64,000 nucleotides of DNA from a virus (lineage: Duplodnaviria; Caudoviricetes): positions 160,001 through 224,000 of the IMG/VR virus record IMGVR_UViG_3300011989_000257; one strand, written 5' to 3'. Each line of letters opens with the position of its first letter. Position 1 is the stretch's first letter. Positions 29,878 to 41,204 of the stretch are shown here, piece by piece. The notes under the pieces are model-generated. The model searched no databases, was not told where the DNA came from, and was given only the letters and a program-made list of their open reading frames with translations. A program made the translations under genes and the position numbers.

Positions 29878-30609
29878 TTATTGACTTAATTCGCTAATTG
29901 GACATACTTCATATACCATATCACTAAATGATTCCTTGGCAACAATCTCCATGATTCCATCCTCCCTTAACTTGGGGTCTAAACATGTGTGACTAATCCT
30001 ACGATATGCAATGTCCATTCCAACCTCCCTAGGGACAGTATAACCTTGGTCAGCACAAAAATCACTGAAACCACTTAAGGTCTCAAATTCCAATCTGTCA
30101 CTCTTATTCAAATAGTCTGGATAATAATATATCATCTTGCCATCCTCAATACCACTAGAATCAAGGTCATAATACCCAGCGTAATCACCAACCTCATCTG
30201 GATTATCCTCATCACCACTGTAAGGAACATTTATATTAATAACCTTTGTAGCCTTACCTTTCCTATGTTTGCGCTTGTTATGCCTCTTCTCCATCTTCTC
30301 CAACGTCTCCCAATATTGACCATATGGGTCAAGAGACTTACGCTTGCCTTTTCTCTTATTGCGCTCATGAGAAGCGGATGTTGGTGGCCATATCGTATCA
30401 GCATCATCCATTTCCATACCAGGAAATATAATGCCTTGCTGCATTAGCCACATTACCTCATCATCTTCAGCCCAATCATAACCACTACCGTATCTTCTGC
30501 TGTAATGATTGGATTTACTAACTTCATGACAATCCTCAAGATATTCATGAAATAAATCATGCAATTTCCACCTTATATTATTTAAAGGTATAGTTATTTT
30601 CTTCGACAT
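29878..30609 (-). CDS. Hypothetical protein
   Basis: ORF after promoter 30636. Confidence 0.8.
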   Translation of the reverse strand: MSKKITIPLNNIRWKLHDLFHEYLEDCHEVSKSNHYSRRYGSGYDWAEDDEVMWLMQQGIIFPGMEMDDADTIWPPTSASHERNKRKGKRKSLDPYGQYWETLEKMEKRHNKRKHRKGKATKVININVPYSGDEDNPDEVGDYAGYYDLDSSGIEDGKMIYYYPDYLNKSDRLEFETLSGFSDFCADQGYTVPREVGMDIAYRRISHTCLDPKLREDGIMEIVAKESFSDMVYEVCPISELSQ

Positions 30610-30984
30610 CTATTAATTATATTTTAATATATCAATGCAAATATATCTAAAAAATATTTAATTACCAAATATTATGGAAATATTTATATAACATTAACAT
30701 TGATATTTTTTGGAAATATTTTCTGGAATAAAGAAACAACAGTTTTTTATGTTGTTTTTTATCATATTTTTCCATATATTTTTTCATTTCATTTTGACAT
30801 TTCTGCTGAGAACGCAATACCTCCAATTATAGCCCAACTACCAACCATAGATAATGCAATAGTCATTATTGTATCGTCATCAAGTTTTTCGAAAAAAGAT
30901 GGGTCATAATAATACCATATTCCTATCGCAAAATTTGCGATAAAAAGCATTACAATTACTATATCTACTACTTTGTTATACATA

Positions 30985-31095
30985 TGTTATCGCTAAACAT
31001 CTTCATATAATTTATCGAATATCGATAAACAATCATCGAAAAACAATAAACATTTATCGAAAATCAAGCAAGGATTTATTGATAAACGATAAGCC
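30985..31095. other. Candidate replication origin (iteron-like ATCGAWAA repeats)
   Basis: Clustered TTATCG/ATCGATAAAC/ATCGAAAA repeats in non-coding DNA at a local G/C skew flip. Confidence 0.4.
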
Positions 31096-31208
31096 TTAGA
31101 AATGTAAATTATTTATCATTTATTTTAACTTATTAATTTTCAAGTACTTATAGTGTTTTATAGGTCTATTTTCGGTAATTATTCATGATTACTATACGTT
31201 CCCATGTG

Positions 31209-32602
31209 TTATCGTTTTCTTCTTGGTTTATATAGGAAGAATTTTTTAAAGTTGTTTACTTGTTTTTCATTTTTTGGTTGCACTTTTTTAAATCGTTCCA
31301 AGATTTTGAATAGTTCGATTATATTTTCTGTTTGTATGGCTTTAAGGAATTTATAGAGCACATGTGTTTCTGGAAGCATATATTTTCTATTATGTGCTTC
31401 GGTTTTATCAATATCTGAGTAGAGCCATTGTAGTAAGATTCTAAACTGTGTATATAGTTTATTTTCTTTTGTAAGTTTTACAATTCTTTTTGATTTGTCG
31501 TTAATAATCATATCAATCTTATATTCTTTCCTTTTTCTGAGTCAAAGTATCTTCTCATATATTCTATGAGGTTTACGAGATACTCTTCATCTAGTCTTGA
31601 GAGTGTATCATTAAACTTATCCAATAGTCTTTTTCTGCTTATGTCAAAAGTTCCATTTTGTATGAATTCTTGTTCACATTCAGACATCAATTCTCCCATT
31701 GGTGTACTGTATACCCACAGCCATTCTTCGAGTATGTCATATATTCTATGGGGTCTTACAGCAATGGTTGTCATATATATTCCGAAGAGGTTATGTTGTT
31801 TAAGGAGTTTATAGAGTTTTCTAGTTCTTTCCTCAAGTGATTCCTTTGGCTGTTGTTGGTAAGTTTGTTTACCTTCAACTGTAGATTGGTAATAATACAT
31901 GGTTATTTTATAATTGTTTAAGTGTATTCATTACTTTTTGGTATGTTCCTCTAGCTGTTATTCTTCCACGATGGCATTCTATTCTATAGAAGTCTCTGAT
32001 ATGTTTTGCCAAGAGTTGTTTATCTTCTGTGACATATAGAGTGCCTTTTGGAAGCCAAGAGGATTGATATGCTGTGAGTTGTAGCATATTTCTTGGTTTC
32101 ATGTTTGCTCTCACAAAGGCATTATCTTCTAGTAGGCATGTATATTCTGTTGAGCGTGTATGAGACATAACACGTAGAAATTTCTTTTGGTTGGATTTTG
32201 TATAGAAACCAAGAAAATTAATTTCTAGTGGTACTAGGAAGTGTGGCACATCATCATGTGGTGGGATATACACTGCATAGTATGTTTTGTTATGGTTTGT
32301 TAATGAGTTATATGTTATCATCTTGCATCAGTTGTTACTAGTGTTTCTTTTTCTTGTTCTATAGTTACAGTTTTATTTATAATATTTCTAACTGCCTTAG
32401 TTGTAGCTGTTAGTGTGAGCACTCCGTATTTTGATAGGTATTCTTCTGCCTTAAGTTTGATATTGACAGCTTCTTCTTCGTTTATGCAGTCATATTTTTG
32501 CATTATGTCTTTGATTGGCATGAAGAGGTCTCCCATGAGTGTTGCCATATTATCATAGTTTTTGAGTACGCTTATTATATTATTTCTATCTTCTTGCGTC
32601 AT
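31209..32602 (-). CDS. Four hypothetical proteins (32318-32602, 31908-32321, 31508-31900, 31209-31511)
   Basis: Overlapping or abutting ORFs. Confidence 0.7.
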
Positions 32603-32604
32603 AG

Positions 32605-33084
32605 TTATTTCTCTTTATTTATATACATACCTTCAGGCGCTTCTAACGCCAAACCTCTTTCAATTAAATATCTGTAATCAAAATGGCGCATATTCAGCCA
32701 ATCAATCAATTTAGTACAAATTTCGCTAGAACAGAGCATATTTATTGGGTCTGCACCGTATAATTTACCGTCACCGCCGAAAAGATAGTATTTATGATAA
32801 CTTTTTGACCCTATATGCCTTTCACCTTTTTTGTATTCAAATGTATAATAGGTTGTTTTTTCTAACTCTTTTCTCTCTTCCTCAGTCATACTTGACAGTG
32901 GTCGGAGATAAGGTTTAAAATCTTCAACGTAACAGTCTTCTGCATCAGATAAATGCAATACATTATTATCAATTCCTTTTACAGTAAATGTTGTATTACT
33001 TTTATCATATGTTATTATACCTTTAACCCCATAAGACAACCTTGCTGTAAGGTCTTTTAATAGTTTTTTATCTTCTTGTACCAT
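32605..33084 (-). CDS. MTQEDK paralog family member
   Basis: DL.ARL.YGV...KPYLR.LSSMTEEE...DWLN..HFDYR.LI..GLALEAPEGMY. Confidence 0.85.
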   Translation of the reverse strand: MVQEDKKLLKDLTARLSYGVKGIITYDKSNTTFTVKGIDNNVLHLSDAEDCYVEDFKPYLRPLSSMTEEERKELEKTTYYTFEYKKGERHIGSKSYHKYYLFGGDGKLYGADPINMLCSSEICTKLIDWLNMRHFDYRYLIERGLALEAPEGMYINKEK

Positions 33085-33086
33085 AG

Positions 33087-33464
33087 TTATTTCTCCTTAT
33101 TTATATTATACATACCTTCAGGTGCTTCTAATGCAAGACCTTTAGGTATTAAGCCTCGATAATCAAACATCTTTTTGTTAAGCCAATCTAATCTTTTGGC
33201 ATCAGCAGTCATGCCTAGTTTTTTCAATAACTCCCATAATTCATTTTTTTCTTCATTAGTCATACTTGAAAGAGAACGAAGATATGGTTTGCAGTCGTTA
33301 ATGTCACACCAGTCTTCGAATATCTGAACTTTTTGACTATTTGTATTTATATTGCTTATTTCCACATGACCGTCACGTGGCCAGCGAATATTGATACACT
33401 TAACTCCATAAGGCAACCTTGAACAAAGGTCTACCAAAAGGAGTTTTTTATCTTCTTGTGTCAT
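33087..33464 (-). CDS. MTQEDK paralog family member
   Basis: Same motifs as 32605. Confidence 0.85.
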   Translation of the reverse strand: MTQEDKKLLLVDLCSRLPYGVKCINIRWPRDGHVEISNINTNSQKVQIFEDWCDINDCKPYLRSLSSMTNEEKNELWELLKKLGMTADAKRLDWLNKKMFDYRGLIPKGLALEAPEGMYNINKEK

Positions 33465-33466
33465 GG

Positions 33467-33721
33467 TTATTTCTCCTTGCCTTTAAATACTACTACGCTA
33501 TCTGTGGGTACACCATCCTTATAGGTGATTTCAAGGGTTGTTTTTCCTTGATAGACATCCATCGCAGTTGGTTTTGAATCACTTGAAAGCGCAAATACAG
33601 CACCTGATATTATATATGCCCCAATTACTCCAAATATGAATGCAGCGTCTTTACATTCTGTACATAGGAGAAACAATCCGACTAGCAATATAATTAATCC
33701 AATTGTAAATAATATCCACAT
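33467..33721 (-). CDS. Small membrane protein
   Basis: Two hydrophobic segments; PTAMDVYQGKTTLEITY. Confidence 0.75.
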   Translation of the reverse strand: MWILFTIGLIILLVGLFLLCTECKDAAFIFGVIGAYIISGAVFALSSDSKPTAMDVYQGKTTLEITYKDGVPTDSVVVFKGKEK

Positions 33722-33723
33722 AG

Positions 33724-34191
33724 TTATTTCTTTTTTATATTATACATCCCTTCTGGTGCTTTAAGTGCAAGCTCCTTTTCAATTAATCCACGATAATCAA
33801 AATGATGTTTATTAAGCCAATCAACCACTTCGCCGAACGTAGAGTATGAAATATCTGTATAAGGTTTATAAATATAATTTTCATCTGGTATACCTCCAAA
33901 CAGACAACTCAATTCTATTTTCTCTTCCTCTGTCATGCTTGACAGTGAGCGCAGATAGGGTTTAATAAAATCAACACACCCAGTGTAATGTTTTTTGTTA
34001 AAAGAACCGAAGTCATCGCCATCAACACCAACACTAGTATAGGTTTCTTCCATCAAAAACACATCACTAGATATTTTCCCATATAGTGTCTGTATTGTTG
34101 GTTCTTTAAATGTCGTATTATATACTTTCACTCCACACAGCAACCTTGAAGAAAGGTCTGTAAGCAATAAATCTTTATCTTCTTGTGTCAT
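33724..34191 (-). CDS. MTQEDK paralog family member
   Basis: Same motifs as 32605. Confidence 0.85.
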   Translation of the reverse strand: MTQEDKDLLLTDLSSRLLCGVKVYNTTFKEPTIQTLYGKISSDVFLMEETYTSVGVDGDDFGSFNKKHYTGCVDFIKPYLRSLSSMTEEEKIELSCLFGGIPDENYIYKPYTDISYSTFGEVVDWLNKHHFDYRGLIEKELALKAPEGMYNIKKK

Positions 34192-34415
34192 ACTTTATTC
34201 TGTTTTATATTTTTTGCCATATTTTTCTAGCTCTTCTGACGCTTGTTTTATGCTTTTCCATTCTTTCTCAAGATATGTTGCAACGTCATTACATAGGTCA
34301 GACACACGAATATTACTAGTATCAGTGGCTCGGTCTTTATTTTCTTTTGCACATTGTCGTAAAGCTGCAATAGCTCGATTCAAATTATTTATTGTAATCT
34401 CCATAATTTTATTAT

Positions 34416-34871
34416 TTATTGTTTGTACATTCCTATAGGTGCTTCTAATGCAAGACCCATTGGTATTAGTCCACGATAGTCAAAATGATGAGCATTGAGC
34501 CAGTCTATATAACTACTTATGTCAAATTCATATAATAATTTATGTTCTGTGGGGTATGCAGAAAAATCAGAGTCAAAAGGTTGTTGACCTACAATGAAAG
34601 AGTTGTATTCTTTTTCTTCTTCCTTGGTCATTGAAGACATTGAGCGAAGATATGGTTTAACCTCGTCTGTATGTGCATCCCAATAAGAATCAGCAGCAGT
34701 ATCAAATACCACAAGTTCTTTTGGGATACTAATTTCTACTGGCTTTCCATCGTTCAAACCTGCTGCTCCATCATCTACTTGGCATATTACTCCATACGTC
34801 AACCTTGCAGATAGGTCTTTCAACAATAGTTCTTTATCTTCTTGTGACAGTTCTTTATTTTCTTGTGTCAT
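34416..34871 (-). CDS. MTQEDK paralog family member
   Basis: Same motifs, with an internal QE.KEL duplication at the N-terminus. Confidence 0.85.
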   Translation of the reverse strand: MTQENKELSQEDKELLLKDLSARLTYGVICQVDDGAAGLNDGKPVEISIPKELVVFDTAADSYWDAHTDEVKPYLRSMSSMTKEEEKEYNSFIVGQQPFDSDFSAYPTEHKLLYEFDISSYIDWLNAHHFDYRGLIPMGLALEAPIGMYKQ

Positions 34872-35122
34872 GGTTTATTTTTCTCTATGGTTAGTATCAA
34901 TGTATCTCCGATTTCGAAGTTGGTGGTATCTTTATAGTTATAGTCATACCATATGTGGTCTCCTAGTTTAATAAGTCTATACCTATAGCATGGTTCTCCT
35001 GCTTTTTTTGCCTTTGATGTGACGATGTATTTTGTACCGTTGCCCACATTTAGTTCGTCCATTGCCATATTGCATCCAATCATTATGAGGGATGCGAGCA
35101 TTAATAATATAATTTTTTTCAT
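34868..35122 (-). CDS. Putative lipoprotein
   Basis: MKKIILLMLASLIMIGC lipobox-like signal. Confidence 0.7.
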   Translation of the reverse strand: MKKIILLMLASLIMIGCNMAMDELNVGNGTKYIVTSKAKKAGEPCYRYRLIKLGDHIWYDYNYKDTTNFEIGDTLILTIEKNKP

Positions 35123-35126
35123 ATCG

Positions 35127-37027
35127 TTACCAATTGATTATTAGCATTGTCCCTGGTGAGCAATTATACCTCACATATTCTACTTTAAAGCCGTAACTAG
35201 ATAAACGTTCATTTATGACATCTTTCAATGTAGTGAGTAATCCATCTGACTTAATTCCTCCAAAATAAGTATCAACTAATTCATCTAGTGACATATATAT
35301 ATCAAGCTTCCCTTTTTTGGCAGATTTCTCAATGTTTTCAAACACTGCGTCCATAAAACGATTTAAGCAATCATCATAGGTTGTTTCGATTTTATTGAAC
35401 GCCATTTCTCTTGCTTCTTCTGCTGTTATATGATTCATATTATTCTCCTTTTTGCGTTTTCAATTGTTTAATTCTAATGTCTTGGAATTGATACAACTGT
35501 TCATAGATTCGTTCATTGCGATTCATGCAAGTATCAAGTTTCTCTCGCCATAGTTTTGAAAGTTCAATCCATTCTTTTTCACTCTGCTTATAGTTTCTTA
35601 TCTGATAATCCTGAACACCTATTGTGGTAATCAGAAAAAGAAACAGCAACCACTTTCCAACGGTTACAAACGGTTTAAAATCTATATTCGAATCCATATT
35701 ACAATTCTCCTTTCTGTGCTTTATTATTAACTGCCATCCCAAGTTCAAAGAAATGCTTGGCAATTACTATTACAGGGCTTTCTGTACATTCATAAAATTC
35801 TTTTGTTTGAACAAATCTTTCTACCTCTTTCTGCAAATCCACCTCTTTTACCTCAAGGGTATCGAGGAAAGAAAGCAACTCCGTAAGAACAAAAGCTTCG
35901 TTTCCATAAACTGCTCTTAATGCTTTATCGGTTTCATTCTTTGGTATTTCTTTTCTTCTTCTCACTATCTCCGCTACTACAGCAGATTTTGGTATGTACT
36001 GTTCCATAATCTACTTATTTTTTAATATAATAAAATTAATAAAAATCTTACCAATGAATATATTATAAATTTTTCCAATTGGCTTATTATATTTCATAAC
36101 CTTAAAGAATGGTTTCCAAACATAGTCAAGTATCGTAATATTTAGTATAAATCTTTTACACTCCATTGATTTATCTTTTAATGCTACTAATTTCCACTGA
36201 GTTATTTGTTTTTTCAAACTTCATATTACCGTTACAAGCTGCGAACAATAGTTGTCCAACGATGAACAAGTAGGCCATATTCCTGATAAAGTAGCACATT
36301 TCTTCAGTTCTGACGTACTTATAAGGGTCTTCTAGAACCTTTTTAACATACAAGTCGGTTGTACCTTGGTGTAATACTACCATCAAGTGACTGAATATAT
36401 GCCACAAGATTCCAAGCAATATGATGATTAAAACTATGTATATAATTGTCATTTCCATACCTTACTCTCCTTCTATATAGTTTTTGAAATTTTCAATCAT
36501 TTCTTTCTTGCTATCAAATACTTCACTTTCAATGCTATAACGTCTATTATTGAAAAAGAAGTATTCATCTAAGAATTTCAATGCCTTCTCGATAAAGACA
36601 TCCTTGCGGACGTATTCCTTACTTTCATCGTCAATAGCCTTTGTTTGCCATCTCCTATCAAAATTAGGTGTGGCATAAATTTTTTCTGGTAGATTCTTCA
36701 TAACATTATTTCTTTTTCAATTCCACAAAGTCTTAATGCGTAGTGGAGTTGATGGACATATTTAATATGTGTAAGATATAATTTCGTTCTCTCACTTGGT
36801 ATAACATTGTCTTTTCCTTTTTCGACAATTTTGATGTACTCTATTCTGTTTGCATAGCCTAATTGTACTGATATAGAGTAGTTATCTAAATCTTTATCAT
36901 AATGATGCCAAATGAGGTCTCTTTTAAAGCCATTCTTCTCCAATATCTCTGGAGTAAGTTCTACATTGTCACCAACCATCGATTCGTTTGCTTTCATAAC
37001 TTCATTGCTTTGTGACCCACAATCCAC
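35127..37027 (-). CDS. Run of small hypothetical proteins (35127, 35440, 35699, 36011, 36171, 36462, 36698)
   Basis: Packed ORFs. Confidence 0.65.
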
Positions 37028-37272
37028 TTTATCAAAAACAGTAATCCAAATGACACATACAAAGGTATTGCATCATCACCAAGCAGATTATATAACATAT
37101 AGCAACCATAATAGACAGCATAAATCCATACTATAATATAAAAAACTAACAATGCTTTCATAACTTTATTTCTTTAGTATATAATATAACCACTCTATTA
37201 TTTGTTTGATTATAAGAAATATTCCACCTGCCGCAAGCCATGCAACAGTCCATTCTTGTCCATCTGTCATAA

Positions 37273-38412
37273 CTATTCCTCCCTTAGTTTCTTTAAATCT
37301 TTATAGAGCGATTCAAGGATTCCTAAGTTCACGTAATTTCCTCCACAAGCACACTTGAGTGTTTCTATCTGCTCTTCGCTCGGCTTCCAAGCGTATCTAT
37401 CTTTAAGTGACTGAAACCATCCAAAATGTTCTAATTTGATTTCATCAAAATATGGGTCAACCAAGAGTACACTAAGAGCATGAGCAATACTTTTAAAATA
37501 CCCTTCATCCTCTTTACTCCACTTAGCATTATTCTGCTCAATCATCTTCAATTCCTTCTTTTCAAAATCAAAGGTATATCTTGCATCAGCCATTGCTTTC
37601 ATTAGAGCATCACTCTGCTCTTTGGTGGCTGGTTTTACATCTTCATCATTAGGAGCAAGACAACCTTTTTCAGAATCAGAATTAAAATGAGGATACATAA
37701 TATTGTAATAACAATAGTAACTTAAAGCATAATGTTTCTTTGGTGTTCCTTTAAGAACGAATACAATCTTTGGTGTCCCACATTCATAAGTGCAAAGCAC
37801 ATCGCCATCCTTTGCATCTTGGATGGTCCAAAGATGATAATATTGATGGACTACATCAAAACAAATCTTATCACCATCATCTGCATAATACCACTCATTT
37901 TCGACTTTCACTATTTGAAAAGTACTATTATTATCTGTTATCCAATCACCAACTTTAAACTTTGGCTCAATCTTGTCAGCATGTTTCTGCCCTACCAAAT
38001 CCCATATACATTCTTCATCAAAGCCACAGATAAACAAATCTTCTGACCAATACCCATTTTCGTCAATCTTAGTGATAGTCAGAGATTCTTCATTGGAAGT
38101 CTTTATTTCGTCACCAACTCTAAACTTTGGAATGATTACAACAGGCTTCTGCTGACCTTGATTTTCAAGCCAATCTATAGCCTTCGTAAGTTCTTCATAT
38201 CTATCAGAACCTTTTTCATCGGTTGCTCTAAGACAAGCAAGTTCATTACTTATGAAGTTCCTTATCCTCTCATCCTCCTCGCTCTTTTTGAGTTCTGGGA
38301 ACATTCTTGCTAGTTGGAAGTTTGTGCCAATTGGCATTGCTCTGTCATTCCAATACTGACGAGCAATTTCTAGAGCCTTGTCATAACGTTCTGCCTTTTC
38401 TTTTACTGTCAT
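37273..38412 (-). CDS. Modular phage hypothetical protein
   Basis: Repeated PKF(R/K)VGD modules, HLWTIQDAKDGDVL, WKPSEEQ; after promoter 38435. Confidence 0.85.
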   Translation of the reverse strand: MTVKEKAERYDKALEIARQYWNDRAMPIGTNFQLARMFPELKKSEEDERIRNFISNELACLRATDEKGSDRYEELTKAIDWLENQGQQKPVVIIPKFRVGDEIKTSNEESLTITKIDENGYWSEDLFICGFDEECIWDLVGQKHADKIEPKFKVGDWITDNNSTFQIVKVENEWYYADDGDKICFDVVHQYYHLWTIQDAKDGDVLCTYECGTPKIVFVLKGTPKKHYALSYYCYYNIMYPHFNSDSEKGCLAPNDEDVKPATKEQSDALMKAMADARYTFDFEKKELKMIEQNNAKWSKEDEGYFKSIAHALSVLLVDPYFDEIKLEHFGWFQSLKDRYAWKPSEEQIETLKCACGGNYVNLGILESLYKDLKKLREE

Positions 38413-38558
38413 AACTTATATTTTTATACTATAATGCAAATATACGAAAAAAATATGAGATAAACAAAAAATTCATCTCATATTTAATATTATTTAACTT
38501 TTTGACTGCATTATTGTCTCTTCTTCACCTCACTCTTTCTTTGAGGTGCTTGAGTCAA

Positions 38559-40950
38559 TTAAATAGTTGACTTCAGTTTAATAGGTTCATCACTATATGT
38601 CATTTCTTTGCCAATAAGATGTTTAATAGTTCCTTTTGGTAACAAGACTCCTTTCTTAAATTCTGTATCAATGGAGCCAGTAGTCCAACGTTGCCCCCAC
38701 ATGACTTTTAAGTCCATATTTGGGAAATTTCTATATGGCTCACATGGAAATATTCTTTCGTCTCCATGACCATCAACACATATCCAAGATTCTTCCATAA
38801 TTAATATAATCCACTTTCTTTTTTAACTTCCTCAATCATATTTAGGATTGTAGCAGTTTCTAAAAAACCGCCTATTGGAATGCCACGATTTAAAGAATCA
38901 TACATTCTCCCAAATTCTTCTCCTGCTTCTTCACCAAACTCTTTAGAGTATTTGTCTATGCATGCTTGTCGTAAATCAAATTTTTTACGTTTCCACCACT
39001 TTATAATTTTATTCATAATTACAACAAATTTAATAAAGTTTATAGATATTTTTCCATCCTTCCACATCAAACCCCTTACCACAAACAGCACAAGTAACAC
39101 AAGGTGAACTACCACCATCTATATCTTTATGCCACCATATATCCCCTTTTTCAAGTTCTAACTTACTACCGCAATGTGGACAATTGCCAACAACTGATAA
39201 TTTCCCTCTTTCTAATATCTTCATAGCTATGTATTTTTAAGTTCTATGTTATTGCCTAATTTCATTAATCAAAATATCCGTAAGGAAAATCTTCAAGCTG
39301 ACCATTGTCGTTAAAATGATATTGTATTGTTTCTCCAGTTCCATATGCATTTTCATTTGCATACACCTCAACATTCTCGCCAAACCAATCCTTGCCATAT
39401 TCTCTATGAAAACGGCCTACATGGTTAATAAATGGTGAGTAGCAAGAATGTATATTATTGCCAAAGGATTTAATCATTGAAACAAACTCATCTTTAGATG
39501 TCTCAATAATATCCGCAGATGAATATTCATCTTCAATGTATTTGATACCTTTTTCTTTATGTACGTCAAGATAAATTTTCATATTTTTTCTATTGATAGT
39601 TCTTTCATAATTTATTCATTAGTCCATTAAGACATTTTTCTGCATCTTCACTATTACTAAAAACACAATTAACAGTACAATTTCCAGGTACAGATAAATC
39701 GGGATGAGGTGCCTCAGGTCCCCAATAAGTAACAGTTGTCCAAAATAAAGGAAGCCCAAATAAAGGGTTTTCTTGAACTTTATAAATAAGTTTGTTATTT
39801 TTATATTTACCTACAATTCTATATTTCATATTGTTCCTTCTTTAATTAGTTGTTCTTTTTCTTTTTCAGTATAATCGTAAGAATCTATATCTTTTATAAG
39901 ATTATCCCACAATTCTCCTGTAGAATCTAATGCTGCACTATTCCAATACTCTCCTATTCCGAACCATCCACCTTGTTTTGTTCTAACATAGACACCAAGT
40001 TCATCGTTTTCTCCTTTAGAGGTAACGATAAATTTATCACTGTGCGTAGAATATAGCCAAAAATGACCTTTTACGGCTTCACGATATAGTTCAAACTGTT
40101 TAGGATATTTTTTCCTAAACTGTTGATGGCCAAGAACTTCATCCACTTGAATAACAAAATGACGTGAAAATGTTATTTTTCCATCGTCAAAGCAATGATA
40201 CTTTTTGCCTACTTCTGGAATCGGTTTCATGTGCTTTTTATGACCACACAACACAGTTCTTGTTGGTAATGGATATTTATTTTTCTTCATAATCGCATTA
40301 TTTTATGCTTATATAATTTCAATAAAACATTGTATATGGGTCAGCACCAAGTATATCATCAAGTTGTTCTTGCGCTTCATCATCCCATTCGATTGGCTCT
40401 TTGGTGGATGGGATATATGGTTTTTCTTTTTTCTTTGGGGTAATATCTTTAAAGTAACTTCCGTAGAAATGTGTTATCGCTAATTTTTTTCTTTTCCTTT
40501 CATCAGCACGTTTAAACATTTTTACCAACGGCTCAAAGTCACTTTCGTGAGTTTTACCCCACATTGTAATTACTACTTTTGTATCTGATACTTCTATTTC
40601 CATAATCAAATCAAGTTTAATTTATTCAACTTAATAATCATTTCAACACAAGCATTAATATGGTTGTCAGAAATAACAATTTCTTCTTTTCCATAATCAC
40701 ATTTTATAGATACACCATTTTTTACAGGATGAATATCATACCAAAAAGGCATAACTTTAAGTAATGCTGGCAAGCTCCAACAAGGAATATATTTAATCTC
40801 TTCATCATAATCCTTTACAGCATCACTTGATAGAGAATATGAATAGAAATATGATTTTTCTCCTTGTGCAATATAATGATAATCCGCACTTTCAATTGGC
40901 AGTATCTCTGCCAACTTCTTGGACTGTTCTAAATCAGTATAACTTTTCAT
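38559..40950 (-). CDS. Run of small hypothetical proteins (38559, 38801, 39030 Zn-ribbon, 39265, 39605, 39826, 40319, 40606)
   Basis: Packed ORFs. Confidence 0.65.
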
Positions 40951-41204
40951 AACATATCATTTAGTACAAGGTATATGATAAATAACTCAACAGCAACTCC
41001 AAAAGCAGCCACAGATATGCCATAGTATTTAGGAGGTCGAATAAAGCAATCTATCCCAAATAACACAAGTAAGATAATTAATATCCAAATTATAGTATTA
41101 ACTGTTGCCATAAGTTATTTCAATAATAAAATCATTAAAACTATAACCAATATTATAATTGCTACTATTAATGGTTTAAATTCTCCCATAATATTCGAAT
41201 CAAA

